Of a DNA stretch of 64,000 nucleotides, positions 1 through 11,943 are shown piece by piece. A program made the position numbers and the translations under genes. Each line of letters opens with the position of its first letter. The first letter of the stretch is position 1. Under the pieces are notes generated by a model that was not told the DNA's origin, did not search any database, and was given only the letters and a program-made list of their open reading frames with translations. The stretch is from assembly GCF_001194135.2 (NCBI RefSeq), contig NC_068984.1, positions 54,826,095 through 54,890,094 of the forward strand, written 5' to 3'. Source of the DNA: Octopus bimaculoides (lineage: Eukaryota).

Positions 1-58
<58 letters not shown>
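1..58 (+). repeat. (ATT)n microsatellite
   Basis: Direct reading of the tandem trinucleotide. Confidence 0.95.
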
Positions 59-61
<3 letters not shown>

Positions 62-74
62 TATCATTATTATT

Positions 75-333
75 AAGGCGGGGGGCTGGCAAACTCAACA
101 ACACGCCGGTACAATGGTTAATAGCATTTCGTTTTTACGTTCTTGTCTCATAATTTGTCGAGGTCGACTTTGCCTTTTATCCTTTCAGAGTGGATAAAAT
201 AAGTACCAGCTGAATACTGGAGTGGATGGGGTTAGGGTTAGGGTTAGGGTTAGGGTTAGGGTTAGGGTTAGGGTTAGGGAATCGACTTACCCCCTTACCT
301 GAAGTTGCTCGCTTTGCGCCAACATTTGAAACC
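75..333 (+). mobile_element. tRNA-derived SINE (major family in window), interrupted by telomeric repeats
   Basis: Shares the AAGGCGG head, GAGGTCGACTTTGCCTTT core and AATCGACTTACCCC...TTTGAAACC tail with more than 10 other copies in the window. Confidence 0.85.
232..279 (+). repeat. Interstitial telomeric array (TTAGGG)8
   Basis: Eight perfect TTAGGG units counted directly. Confidence 0.95.
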
Positions 334-334
334 A

Positions 335-381
335 TTCTTCTTCTTCTTCTTCTTCTTCTTCTTCTTCTTCTTCTTCTTCTT

Positions 382-468
<87 letters not shown>
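335..468 (+). repeat. Compound (TTC)n(ATT)n microsatellite
   Basis: Direct reading. Confidence 0.95.
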
Positions 469-469
<1 letters not shown>

Positions 470-870
470 GTAGAGGTAGTAGTAGTAGTATCGCTTTACT
501 TCTCAGAATGTTCTGTCTTGCTTGCTCTGGTTGATTCTGTGAGAGCGGATATCAGCCTGCTGTCAGAGGTCTCACAGGGTCTCTTTACGCACGTTATAAG
601 ATTTGAAACTTGGTTGTTAATTATCGTGGGAGACATTCAACATCTAAGTACCAATCTCAATATCCTAGCTGTCCCACACTCAGCGGTTCTTTTAGGCTTG
701 CTCGGCTCTCATGTATCATCTTAGTCCATTTAATTCTAGCAGCTATATAATGATTACCGGGTCTGTGCTGCTCACCCACAGGGCGCCTACCAGGCGAAAG
801 ACCGTCATCTGCAGTTCTGTCCTCATTTACGCCGTTGTTTGTGTTAATTCTATTATTCATTACTCTCATG
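411..870 (-). mobile_element. 3' end of R4/Dong-like (RLE) non-LTR retrotransposon with (AAT)n tail
   Basis: Minus strand reads ...LVGAL... then, after a frameshift, KRTAECGTARILRLVLRC* (stop 637-639). This matches the VGALG...GTARILRxVL C-terminus of RLE elements. The 3' UTR runs into (AAT)n. Confidence 0.65.
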
Positions 871-984
871 CAGGGGAAAGTGTTGATAAGATGTAACAAC
901 CACCAGTATTTTTATCGAGGTGCCATTTCTAGAGGGGCTTGTCTAAAAAGACTCAAAGAGGAGGCCCTTCTCCCCTTAGAAGTT

Positions 985-1440
985 GAAGTCAAAGTGCGAA
1001 CGCCAACTGACGGTGGTGGTTGCATTATCGGCCGCGGTCACGAAAGGAAAACAGGAAGGAAAGAGGACGACGCACCAGCAGCGGGCGCGAGGAGACGGCG
1101 GCAGTAGTACTTTTCGCGGGCGGTACTCTGGCGGTTTTGTTTTTCACTCCTCTCTCGCTTTCGTCCTCTTTCAGGCGGAGGTTCCTCCTCTGCTCCGTTA
1201 CCTGTCCGCCTCGCTTCGATGCGGGCGGCTGTCGTAGCTCTACGCAACGATGACGGTCTGACATGGCGGGAGACGGAGAACTGAGCGGCGCACTCGTCGG
1301 GCGGAAAGAAGGAAGGACGGGTCGTTTCGAGAAACTGCCTGCTGCTTTTTACATTTTCCCAACGCCGCCTTTCCTTGCCTTTTCCAGCGCGCCCTTTCCG
1401 ACTCCCCGCCGCGGCCAACAGCGGCGACGGACGGCATTAT
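985..1440. promoter_or_regulatory. CpG-island-like GC-rich segment, probable gene promoter/5' end
   Basis: Abrupt GC- and CpG-rich island in AT-rich DNA. Contains ACATGGCGG (YY1-like initiator motif) at 1261-1269. Confidence 0.55.
1202..1264 (-). CDS. Candidate first coding exon (MSDRHRCVELRQPPASKRGGQ) of a gene running off the left edge
   Basis: CCGCC-ATG Kozak context at 1264, 21 codons, then a phase-0 donor CAG|GTAACG at 1201, inside the CpG island. Product not recognised. Confidence 0.45.
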
Positions 1441-2813
1441 TACTATTATCATTATTATCATTATTATAGAAGTTTGCATATTGCCTATTTTGGGAGTGAA
1501 AAATCCTGTCAAAACTAATTTTTGTTTTTATTGATCCGGAGTCACTAAAATATTTACTTGTGGAACATTTGTGTTACGCGGTACATTGTGCGGCGTTTAG
1601 AAATCACTATCGGAGAGGGTGACGGCTGAAAATATTGACAGAGCACTGAAATTGCAAAGTTGACTGAGGTGCTTTTTCTCTCTTGGGTCAGTAGTGTAAG
1701 TACCGAAGACTTGTACTAAATTTATAAATCCATACTATAATTTTTATTAGTCCTTCATCATCATGTCATAAAATTTAATATGTTAATGTGTAGCATTTGC
1801 TTCCTTGCGATTAAGTCAATATCTCTAAATATACATTTCCTGGCAGTTTGTTGTCAGTGAGTCTAGTGGCTGTTTAACTATCTTATTGGCAGGCATTTTC
1901 TTCAATTTTCGTTTTTTGCTGTTGTTGGTTTTATATTGAAGACATAAATAAATAAAATAAGAACATAAACTTATACGACAAACATGTCAGATTTTAGTCA
2001 GAACATATGTCAGCGGCTGCAGATAAAATAGAATCGAAATCAGATTTAAGAGTGAATATTTCTTGCTTGCATCTTTTGGGAAATGGAAAAAAAATGTTAC
2101 GGCTTCAAAATTTAGCTTTCGTATATTTCACTCTAAGCATAGTGAGTTAAACATCACCATACTGTCGTATTTTGACTGTTTCCATGCTATAAAGTCTTAA
2201 GAGATTGCTAGATCTTTAAAAGAAGGAAAAATAGAAAAAGTTCAGTCTGCAGAAAAACAAACTAAAGAATCCTTATATCACATTATCTTGAGCTATCGTA
2301 ATTTTATTTGCAATTTCATTTTTTTATATCCTCCTGATAATTTTTCTAGCATCTTGATATATCTGTTTTCGGTGGTGTAACTAACAGAGAGGGGAAGTTT
2401 TGCAATTTGTTTCTAAAGTTAGTCGAAGTGGATCATGTGGGCTGAAAAATCAATATTTTACCGACCGCTATAAGTCTCACAATAAAGTATTAGGCTATTG
2501 TAACACTAATTGTTCATGGCGAAAATAATAATTGGGTGACAACATTATCCTTCACTACCCTAACATTGACCGTTTTACTAATTATTGTCGGTAGCTTTTT
2601 TTTTTCTCATTCCTAAAATCACAAAAACAGTCTTTCTGCCTGAATAGATATAACACAATACTAACTGCATGTTATCCAGAAAAAGAAACTACTTTTGTCT
2701 TCCATCTTTCATTGAAGTGCTCGCGTACATGCTTGACACAGATATACAGAGAGAGTGAGAGAAAAAGCTAGATAGATAGTTAGACAGGCAGACAGACAGG
2801 CAGACAGACAGAC

Positions 2814-2870
<57 letters not shown>

Positions 2871-3013
2871 CATCGAGAGAGAGACAGAGATAAATATATA
2901 TATATATATATATATANNNNNNNNNNNNNNNNNNNNNNNNNNNNNNNNNNNNNNNNNNNNNNNNNNNNNNNNNNNNNNNNNNNNNNNNNNNNNNNNNNNN
3001 NNNNNNNNNNNNN

Positions 3014-3900
3014 CGGTTTGGTTGATCTGCTGCTGTTCTCTCCTATCGAACTGGAGCTCCTCCTGAAATGTTCGTCAAATTTATTGCAGAATATAACTAG
3101 ATTGTCATTTCAATACTGATGCTGTTGTTGCCCAAGTTTGGTGCATACGCAAGAATACAACTCCTTCTATATTAATTCTGCTGTTGACATATTCTACGAT
3201 TCTATCACAACCGATCATAATTTCCTTGGAATGATAAATTGTCTGCCCCTTCCGCAGCCTGTTGTCTAGTGAAGGTGGGAGATTAATCTTTGCACAGCTT
3301 ATTAAGACCGAGAACTTTTTGCATGTTCTTTAAGCTTGGCAGGTAGTTCATGCAGCCATGATCTTATTTGTGCCAGCAGTGCAATGCTATTCACAAAGAT
3401 CAATTCACTGCAGTCTTGTAATGCTCTCATTGTTTAGCTTCTTTATTCATCGCAATATTAACTACTAGCAGGAAGTGAGATGCAAGTATGCAGTCTCAAC
3501 GGGCATCAGTAATGGTGTTAATGTTGCCAATACGACCAGTGTTTGTCATGACTTAACAGACTGAGCCTTCAGATAGATACCTTAAAAAAATTGAGGTATT
3601 CTTGGAGATACCTATGTTTGAGTAATCTTCATTGTGATTTTCTATTGCAGCTTTCAAATGTTCTTCTGAATCCCACGAAACTGTATGAATGAGTAAGACC
3701 AATTTACATGTTTTTTTTTTGTTTTTTGTTTTTTGTGGCGTTGTATCAATGTTCTCTTGTATATTGCTCGATAACACTACCACAGAAACTGTTCCTACTG
3801 CGGAGAGCCATGTAATTCCTCGTCATATGTTGCAATCTACCAAGTTTCCCGTTTTGCAATGACCACACTTCTCCGACCGGCCGGTCTTGTAATTACTGCT
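3014..3900 (-). mobile_element. Degraded RTE-like LINE reverse transcriptase fragment
   Basis: Minus-strand remnants such as TDAR*DCILASHFLLVVNIAM resemble the GVRQGCILSP..FL region. Multiple stops and frameshifts. Confidence 0.55.
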
Positions 3901-5316
3901 AGGACTAGTTGAGAATATTTTTCACTACTATATCTTTTGTTCTATTATACATGAAGAATTCAGCTTAAATTTTCTTGTGTGGAGCAGCTTTGATTGTTCA
4001 GTACTTTTTCTTTCCTCTATGATTGCATAATTTAGAGGGTAGTTTTGAGCCGATGTCAAAGAATGCAACTGCATCCGGCTGATTCAGCGACACTTGGAAA
4101 CGGTCCAACAATTTGGCATTTTATTATTTTGTTATTTTTTCGTAACAAGATTTTGTTAATTATATCCTGATCAATCGATCAGCTCAAAGGTTGCAAAAGT
4201 AAAAAGACAACTTCAGGCGCATTGAATCATTCGTTATTAATATTACTTTCAAACCCACCGGAGTGTGTAGTCGACCAACAGAACAAAGGCACGTTCTGTG
4301 ATGTAATCGCTGTTAATTTATATATAAATTGCAAAGATAAAACGTATACACACACGTGGGTGCACATACTATCACGCAGCTTAATTATAAATGTGTGTGT
4401 GTTAGCATTTATACATATATATATATATACATATGCACTCTCTCTCACACACACGCATACACACGCTTATACACACACGAAGACACACTCGGACGGACAC
4501 TCATATGCATACATATTTATAAATGTACTCACATGTATATATATATATATATATATNNNNNNNNNNNNNNNNNNNNNNNNNNNNNNNNNNNNNNNNNNNN
4601 NNNNNNNNNNNNNNNNNNNNNNNNNNNNNNNNNNNNNNNNNNNNNNNNNNNNNNNNNNNNNNNNNNNNNNNNNNNNNNNNNNNNNNNNNNNNNNNNNNNN
4701 NNNNNNNNNNNNNNNNNNNNNNNNNNNNNNNNNNNNNNNNNNNNNNNNNNNNNNNNNNNNNNNNNNNNNNNNNNNNNNNNNNNNNNNNNNNNNNNNNNNN
4801 NNNNNNNNNNNNNNNNNNNNNNNNNNNNNNNNNNNNNNNNNNNNNNNNNNNNNNNGTGTGTGTGTGTTTGTATGTATGTATGTATGTATGTATGTGTGTA
4901 TGTGTGTGTGTATGTATGTATGTATGTATGTATGTATGTGTGTAGTTATATATACACATATATCAACGAATGGCAAGTAGCTAGCGTCGGAATTAAGTAG
5001 TCTCGGGGTCAACTGTACAACATAGTATCTCAGGTAAGACCCATTCTCCGTAGATTCGAGTAGTTCCCGACCATTTATAAGTGAAATTAAGTAAACAGAA
5101 GTAATATGGATACCTAGATGGCTTATATCAGTTTATCAAAGGTCCGACCTTGAGGCACTGTCAGACTGATTCCGACTGCGTTAAGTGATTAAGAGCTTGT
5201 GTAAGTAGTCATCTACTTACATTTGATCAAGCAAATGAATATTGAAATTTGGAAGTTTTGGTCAAGATCTATTATTTTTATATAATATTTATATATTAAT
5301 ATAACACTTACAATAA

Positions 5317-5530
5317 AAGGCAGCGAGCCAGCAGAATCATTTGAACGGCAGGCAAAATGCTTAGCAGCATTTCGTCCGTCTGTGTTCAAATTCCGCCTAG
5401 GGTGACTCTGCCTTTCATTCTCTCGGGCTCGATAAACTAAGCAGCAGTTGAGTACTGGTGATCAATTTAATCGAATTACCCGCTTCCCCGGAATTGCTGG
5501 CATTATGCCAAAATTTGAACCCAGTATAAT
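5317..5530 (+). mobile_element. tRNA-derived SINE (major family)
   Basis: AAGGCAGCGAGC head, GTTCAAATTCC B-box-like motif, family core and tail. Confidence 0.85.
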
Positions 5531-5870
5531 ACAATACACAAGCGTCTAATGCATGCGTTTTGGAATACTTGTGCATTTGTAAGGTATTGTATTAACATAA
5601 AATATTATACAATGGAATTTCTGAATGCGGATAGTCTTTTCTCTTAAGCATATATATATATGTATATGTATTCACGTATGTATGTTTTAAAAAATCTGTC
5701 TATTTTTTCATAGACATACCTATGAGATTATGCATTGAATTTATTGAAGTTTATCTTTTGTATTCGATTGTTTTTACAGAATATGTGGTCTTTGGAGTAA
5801 TAATATTTTATGATTGTGACAGCCTTGTCATCTGACACCTTTTTTAGCAGTAGAAATCAACATACACTCC

Positions 5871-5934
<64 letters not shown>

Positions 5935-6479
5935 ATNNNNNNNNNNNNNNNNNNNNNNNNNNNNNNNNNNNNNNNNNNNNNNNNNNNNNNNNNNNNNNNN
6001 NNNNNNNNNNNNNNNNNNNNNNNNNNNNNNNNNNNNNNNNNNNNNNNNNNNNNNNNNNNNNNNNNNNNNNNNNNNNNNNNNNNNNNNNNNNNNNNNNNNN
6101 NNNNNNNNNNNNNNNNNNNNNNNNNNNNNNNNNNNNNNNNNNNNNNNNNNNNNNNNNNNNNNNNNNNNNNNNNNNNNNNNNNNNNNNNNNNNNNNNNNNN
6201 NNNNNNNNNNNNNNNNNNNNNNNNNNNNNNNNNNNNNNNNNNNNNNNNNNNNNNNNNNNNNNNNNNNNNNNNNNNNNNNNNNNNNNNNNNNNNNNNNNNN
6301 NNNNNNNNNNNNNNNNNNNNNNNNNNNNNNNNNNNNNNNNNNNNNNNNNNNNNNNNNNNNNNNNNNNNNNNNNNNNNNNNNNNNNNNNNNNNNNNNNNNA
6401 TATATACATACATACATATATATATGTACATATACATTTATACATACACACATACAAAATTGATGCAGTAGGCCATAGC

Positions 6480-7830
6480 AGTAGGCAATCTGCAGAATGG
6501 GAAGGCTCCTGGAAGGGACCTAATAGTAGGATACTGGTACAAGCACTCCACAGACACGTGTACCCTTAACGTAGTTCTCGGGGATATTCAGCGTGACACA
6601 GTGTGACAAGGCTGACCCTTTGAATTACAGGCACAACAGAAACAGGAAGTAAGAGTGAGAGAAAGTTGTGGTGAGAGAGTATAGCAGGGTTCACCATCAT
6701 CCCCTGCCGGGGCCTCGTGGAGCTTTAGGTGTTTTCGCTCAATAAATACTTACAACGCCCGGTCTGGGAATCGAAACCGCGATCCTATGACCGCGAGTCC
6801 GCTGCCCTAACCACTGGGCCATTGCCCCATTGCCCCATTGCGCCTCCACTCTACAAATGTACGCAAGTTGCTTTAACCAATTCCTTCAGGACCATTGTGA
6901 GTCGAACAACATTGCGGCTGATGAACAGGCTTGTGGAAAGAAGAGAGTGCGATGATGTGCCGAACAACTTTTAATAAACAAAGCTGTACTGTCTGAAGTA
7001 AGAAGACAGAGTATGGATTGACTAGTGACAGAGTATGGCTTGACTATAAAAAGGCATTCGACCTTATCACTCATTCATGGCTGGCAAAGGTGCCTACTAC
7101 CTTAATTGCTGCTATCGAAAGGCTGACAAAGACATGGACAACTATTCTTGCCCTTACAACTGAGAAAAGAATAATCGTTTCTTATAGTATAGGCATTACA
7201 AATTGAATATTCCTGGGAGATAGTCTTTCTGTACTTCTTTTCATTTCGGCACTGAATCCATTATCGTTCCTACAGCAGAAAACAAATGGTTACGTGTTAG
7301 AATCTTCAAATGCCAGAAATATCAATGTAACTCATAATTTCTTTGTAGACGACCAGAAGATTTATACTAAAAATGTTAACAATACCAACTGGAATTGACA
7401 ACATTTTCAGCTGATATAGGCATGGAATTTGGCCAAAAGAAAATTTCCTATTTGGTTTTAGAACGAGAAAAGTCAGTCCCCCAAACCCAAATCTTGTGCA
7501 TCAACGGTCTCTCTATCTCCCCACTTCCACACAAAGAATGTTATAAGTACCTAGGCGTAGACGAAAATGTATCATATGAAGGTACTGTGAATAAAGATAG
7601 AGTGACCCGAGAATATTATATCAGACTTAGGAAAATATAGCAGTCGGAACTCTCCTCTTACTACAAAACAATATACCACAATTCATTTGCAGTCCCAATT
7701 CTGATCCCAACATTTGGGATACTTGATTGGTCTGTAAAGGAAATCCACTTCATAGATATCAAAACCCGCAAAATCCTGACAACTGGAAACTTCCACAGAA
7801 ACAGTGATGTTGACAGGCTCTATATAGAAA
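6480..7830 (+). mobile_element. R4/Dong-like non-LTR retrotransposon RT fragment (disrupted)
   Basis: Motifs APGRDLIVGYWYK, EQLLINK, WLDYKKAFD, FLGDSLS...LNPLS, FFVDD, DIGMEFG, YKYLG, SDVDRLY across several frames. Confidence 0.85.
6542..6850 (-). mobile_element. tRNA-derived SINE (third family) nested in the R4/Dong relic
   Basis: Minus strand begins GTGGAGGCGCAATGG...CCCAGTGGTTAGGGCAGCGGACTCGCGGTCATAGGATCGCGGTTTCGATTCCCAGACC (A-box/B-box tRNA-like head) followed by a non-tRNA body. Confidence 0.8.
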
Positions 7831-7972
7831 TGGATAATAACCAGGAGCGACTTTGGATTTAATTATCCCTTAGAGGTATTAAACTTCTCTGATACCTACA
7901 CTATATATATATATGGGTGGGTATATATGCTTGCATGTATGAAGAGAGAGGACGGTAAGAAAGAGAGATATA

Positions 7973-8003
<31 letters not shown>

Positions 8004-8816
8004 TGTGTGTGTATGTGTGTGTGCGTGTGCGTATATGTGTGGAGGATATAAATGAAACAACTTTGCCTCATAAATGATTATGGGTACTGCACTTCCTTCT
8101 CGGGTAGATGACAATGCAGTAATATATTTTGAAGAAATGTGGACGCTCTCATCCGTGATCGCAGTTGGGCAATGCACACATTTGCTCCATATTCACAGAT
8201 TATTGAAAGTTCTAATTTTCTGAGCAGCTCCAATTGATTAGGTCAGCACATATTGCCACTCTTCCATTGTCATAGGACATTCAGTCGATGTAATGACATA
8301 GGAGGTCACAATTAAGAGATGTCTGTACGTCATGGGATTATAGTGATAAACATTTATTAGTATCACATTATTAGTACTACTACCTGAGTCTCCGTGATTA
8401 CTAGTTAGTGATTGGCCAAACTCACTAAGTAATCACGAGTAACCATGACAATCAGGAGTACCCGAGTAACCACGATAACCACGGTAATCACTAGTAACCG
8501 CTGGTTTTGCATAAAAGTGCCTATCTCCCAAAGGAACGTTGGGTCCCTCAGTCCCGGTAGTCTTACTGCGCGCTCTGACACAAAACAAGTGCATCTCTAC
8601 GTCCCCGCACAAATGCTAGCTAACCCATAGGTTGAACCCTCACAGGTGATACTACTCCGGCTCAGAGTAAACGTGGGAACACTATTGGCAAATAGGTGGT
8701 TCTACACTCCTTAAAACCCATCGAACTCTCGAAACAGAGCCCCATTAATTCATACAAATAAAAATTAACGTCATACTTACATGCATGCATCATGTACACA
8801 CACACACACACTTGCA

Positions 8817-8857
<41 letters not shown>

Positions 8858-9051
8858 GCATACCATGTATGTGTGTGTATGTGTATATGTATCTCTTTCT
8901 CTCTCTATATATATGTATATGTATGTTCCCGTTCCTTTTTTGTCCACGTTTTTTGACGTCCTGTACCCGGATATGCATCTATATATACATGTAGATGTAG
9001 GTATGTACATATATGTATGTATATATGCATATGCTCACATATCATTTGTAT

Positions 9052-9096
<45 letters not shown>

Positions 9097-9358
9097 GCAT
9101 ACACAAATATGCATACATAAATACAGACTTATACACACACGCACACACACACACGCTCACGCGCGCAGTGAATGATACGGAATATCACGTTAAATATAGA
9201 TTAATTTCGCTCTGGAAAAATATTTGTATTCAGCAAAATTGTCATCGTTTTTCTGACACGTCGGTAACAACACATCAGTCTTTCTTTCTGTTTGTGTGTG
9301 TGCGCGTGCGTCTCTTTCTCTCTCTCTCTATCTACTTGCCTACCTACCTACCTACCTG

Positions 9359-9407
<49 letters not shown>

Positions 9408-10402
9408 ATGAATGTATATATCGTAAAGTAAGGGGGGATTTTGAAAATGGCAAGTACCTTATCAGTATTCTAGTATAATCCAGGTTCTGCTTAACCGCCG
9501 AAAATTGTTTAAGGTAAACAATTACACGGTATTTCATCAGCTGGATAAACCCTGAGTTCGCGTCTTTGGTTCTTATACAGTTTACGGAGTGTATATTGAA
9601 TACTTTAACAAGTGTTTAATATTTTCCATACAAAAGTCTTTAATAATATATTACTTACAGAAGGATATCCGAAAGAATTACCAAGGGTTTCGGATACCCG
9701 AACTATATTATAGTTAGATTATAACATTCTAAATGTAAACACCCACCGCTTTTTGATAAGGGTTTTTTCTTTATTTTTTTTTTATCTTCATTTCAGCTCC
9801 TACTCTCTTAATTGCTCTTGATGTATCTATTTATCCTGAAAATTATTTCTATTTGTATCTTATGTGGCTTGTAAACGAAACATCTTGACCTAGTTAGCTT
9901 TTTTCTGACTATTAAATTTGTCATACTAATCCATTTAAAACCTGAAGTGTCACTCTAGGTTTAAATGATAACAGATTTCATTGCTATATCGTATTTCACA
10001 ACACCCTCTTCTATCTTCTACACTAAACACATACGTTCTCCAACATAAATATACCTAGAATAAGACTATCAAACACAAACTCTTCAGTTCACTTAAAAAA
10101 AAAAACCGTAATGATAACACCTTGAAAAAAGTTCCATGGATACATATACCCAAAGTGAACTTATAATGTAATTGAACCAACAGGATGCCACGAGATGCCG
10201 CATCTTAGAATATCTAAGCATTAGAATACATGCGCATGATTGGGTATATGTACTTTTTGGTCATCTCACCCCCATTAAAAAACTGCCGTTAAAAATTCGA
10301 GTTAATGTGGCGACAAGAGATTGGATTTAAAATGTTAGATCCTTTTGATTCAATACTTCAACACATTTAGTCTCCTCAATAGGCAGAGTGTGATTTTTTA
10401 AT

Positions 10403-10550
10403 AAAGATGTTATCAGATTCAATAAGATGTTTAATCTTTTCACTTTTCATGTTTATTATTTTTTTCAGTTTTGCATGATTTGTTATAAAAATATTATCTG
10501 ACTCAATAAGATGTTTAATCTTTTCACTTTTCATGTTTATTAATTTTTTC
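10403..10550. repeat. Two-copy ~84-bp tandem duplication
   Basis: TCAATAAGATGTTTAATCTTTTCACTTTTCATGTTTATTA occurs twice, 84 bp apart. Confidence 0.85.
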
Positions 10551-11094
10551 ATTTTTTTTTGTTTTGTTTTATTGAGGGTTAAACAATTTTTTAGGTAGGG
10601 GAGATAACCCAATTTTTTAATGGGGGTGAGATAAACAAACAGTACCTAGGTATGTAGTGCTTGAAAATAAAAGTAGAAGTATGTATATGGAAATAACTCT
10701 CTCTATATACACATATGTAAATGTGTATGGACATACACGTTTGTATCGGTGTGTGTGTGAGAGATTACGAGCATGTATTTTAAATATGAATATTTCTATG
10801 TATACATCGTGTGATTGAGCATATGTATGTTTACGTGAGTTAGGGCGAATCAATCTCTTCGTGTATAATTAAAATCTTAATGACAATTAAAATATTTTCT
10901 TAGGTACCAGAATAAATGAAATTGAGTTTTACAAGTGAACTGGCAAGCTAGTCTCAGACAATAAAGATAACTGATAAAAAAAGGATACACAGTAGAATAA
11001 AAAACAATGTTAGTTTGGATCTATATTTATACATTTCATTAGTGTATGTGTGTGTGTGTGTGTGTGTGTACGTGGGTGTGTATTATTTTTACTG

Positions 11095-11790
11095 TTATGA
11101 CCGGGTTCCAGCCCGAGCCGCAGCAACAAAGTCTACCTGCCACACTTCTCGGTCCATCATCACTGCCTCGAGGTCCTGGATACATTCCAGGCCAGTCTCT
11201 GTAATCAAGTTGTCGATGTAAGAGTGGTTTTCCTCTAGTTACATCACAATGAAGTAGGTTCCACAAGACTAATTTGGATGCTTCCAGCTCAGGGTGGCGC
11301 GCGCAGTGACCAGATGGTCGCAGCCGTGTTTACCTGATTTTCTCGCTAACTTTCAGCAGGTCTCCATAAAGTCATTTATTTGTCATATATTGTTGCCATT
11401 TCACATTTAGGACCATTCATTTCATTCTTGTTTAGCATCCATTTAGCCCGCTGAAAATTTCTTTCTCGGTGACCATGTTTCTCTGCCATATAATAGCACT
11501 GATTCGACAGTTGCAATGAATAACTTGATTTTGATTTGCCTGGACAGTTTCGCGTTTCCAGACCTTTTTTATTTTGTGACAAGCTGTCCATGCCATCCTG
11601 ATCTTGATGTCTGCTTCCGAACCGCTTACCTAACCACCAAAGTACTTGAGGTCTTCAGCAACATTTAATGTGAAACCAATCAATGCAAACATTTCAGCAT
11701 CACTTGATTGAGTGAAAGACATGCATTATATTTTCTTGACATTTGAAAGCACTCCTATTTTAGCAACTGATGTTTCTACCCTGCTGAGCA
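11095..11790 (-). mobile_element. RTE/RTE-X LINE 3' fragment
   Basis: Minus-strand remnants EDLKYFG, ADIKIR, LYGDL.KVSEKIR, GHCARHPELEASKLVLW, YIDNL, MMDREVW. Confidence 0.8.
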
Positions 11791-11943
11791 GAGTGTTCAT
11801 TAAGGAACTTGGGTCTATTTGTTTTGTAATGTGTATCTTTATTTTAACTGCCATTATACATATATATATATATATTGGTATTGTTGTGTCGCCTCAAATC
11901 TATAAATTAATCGGTATAAAAAGAAAGCCAATTATTCAAAGAA

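Noticed and set aside
226-724. ORFs MGLGLGL..., poly-F/L/I
   Set aside because: They are translations of (TTAGGG)n, (TTC)n and (ATT)n.
6770-6850. Functional tRNA gene (also heads at 34990 and 63413)
   Set aside because: The tRNA-like heads run into SINE bodies repeated across the window and lack a complete cloverleaf.
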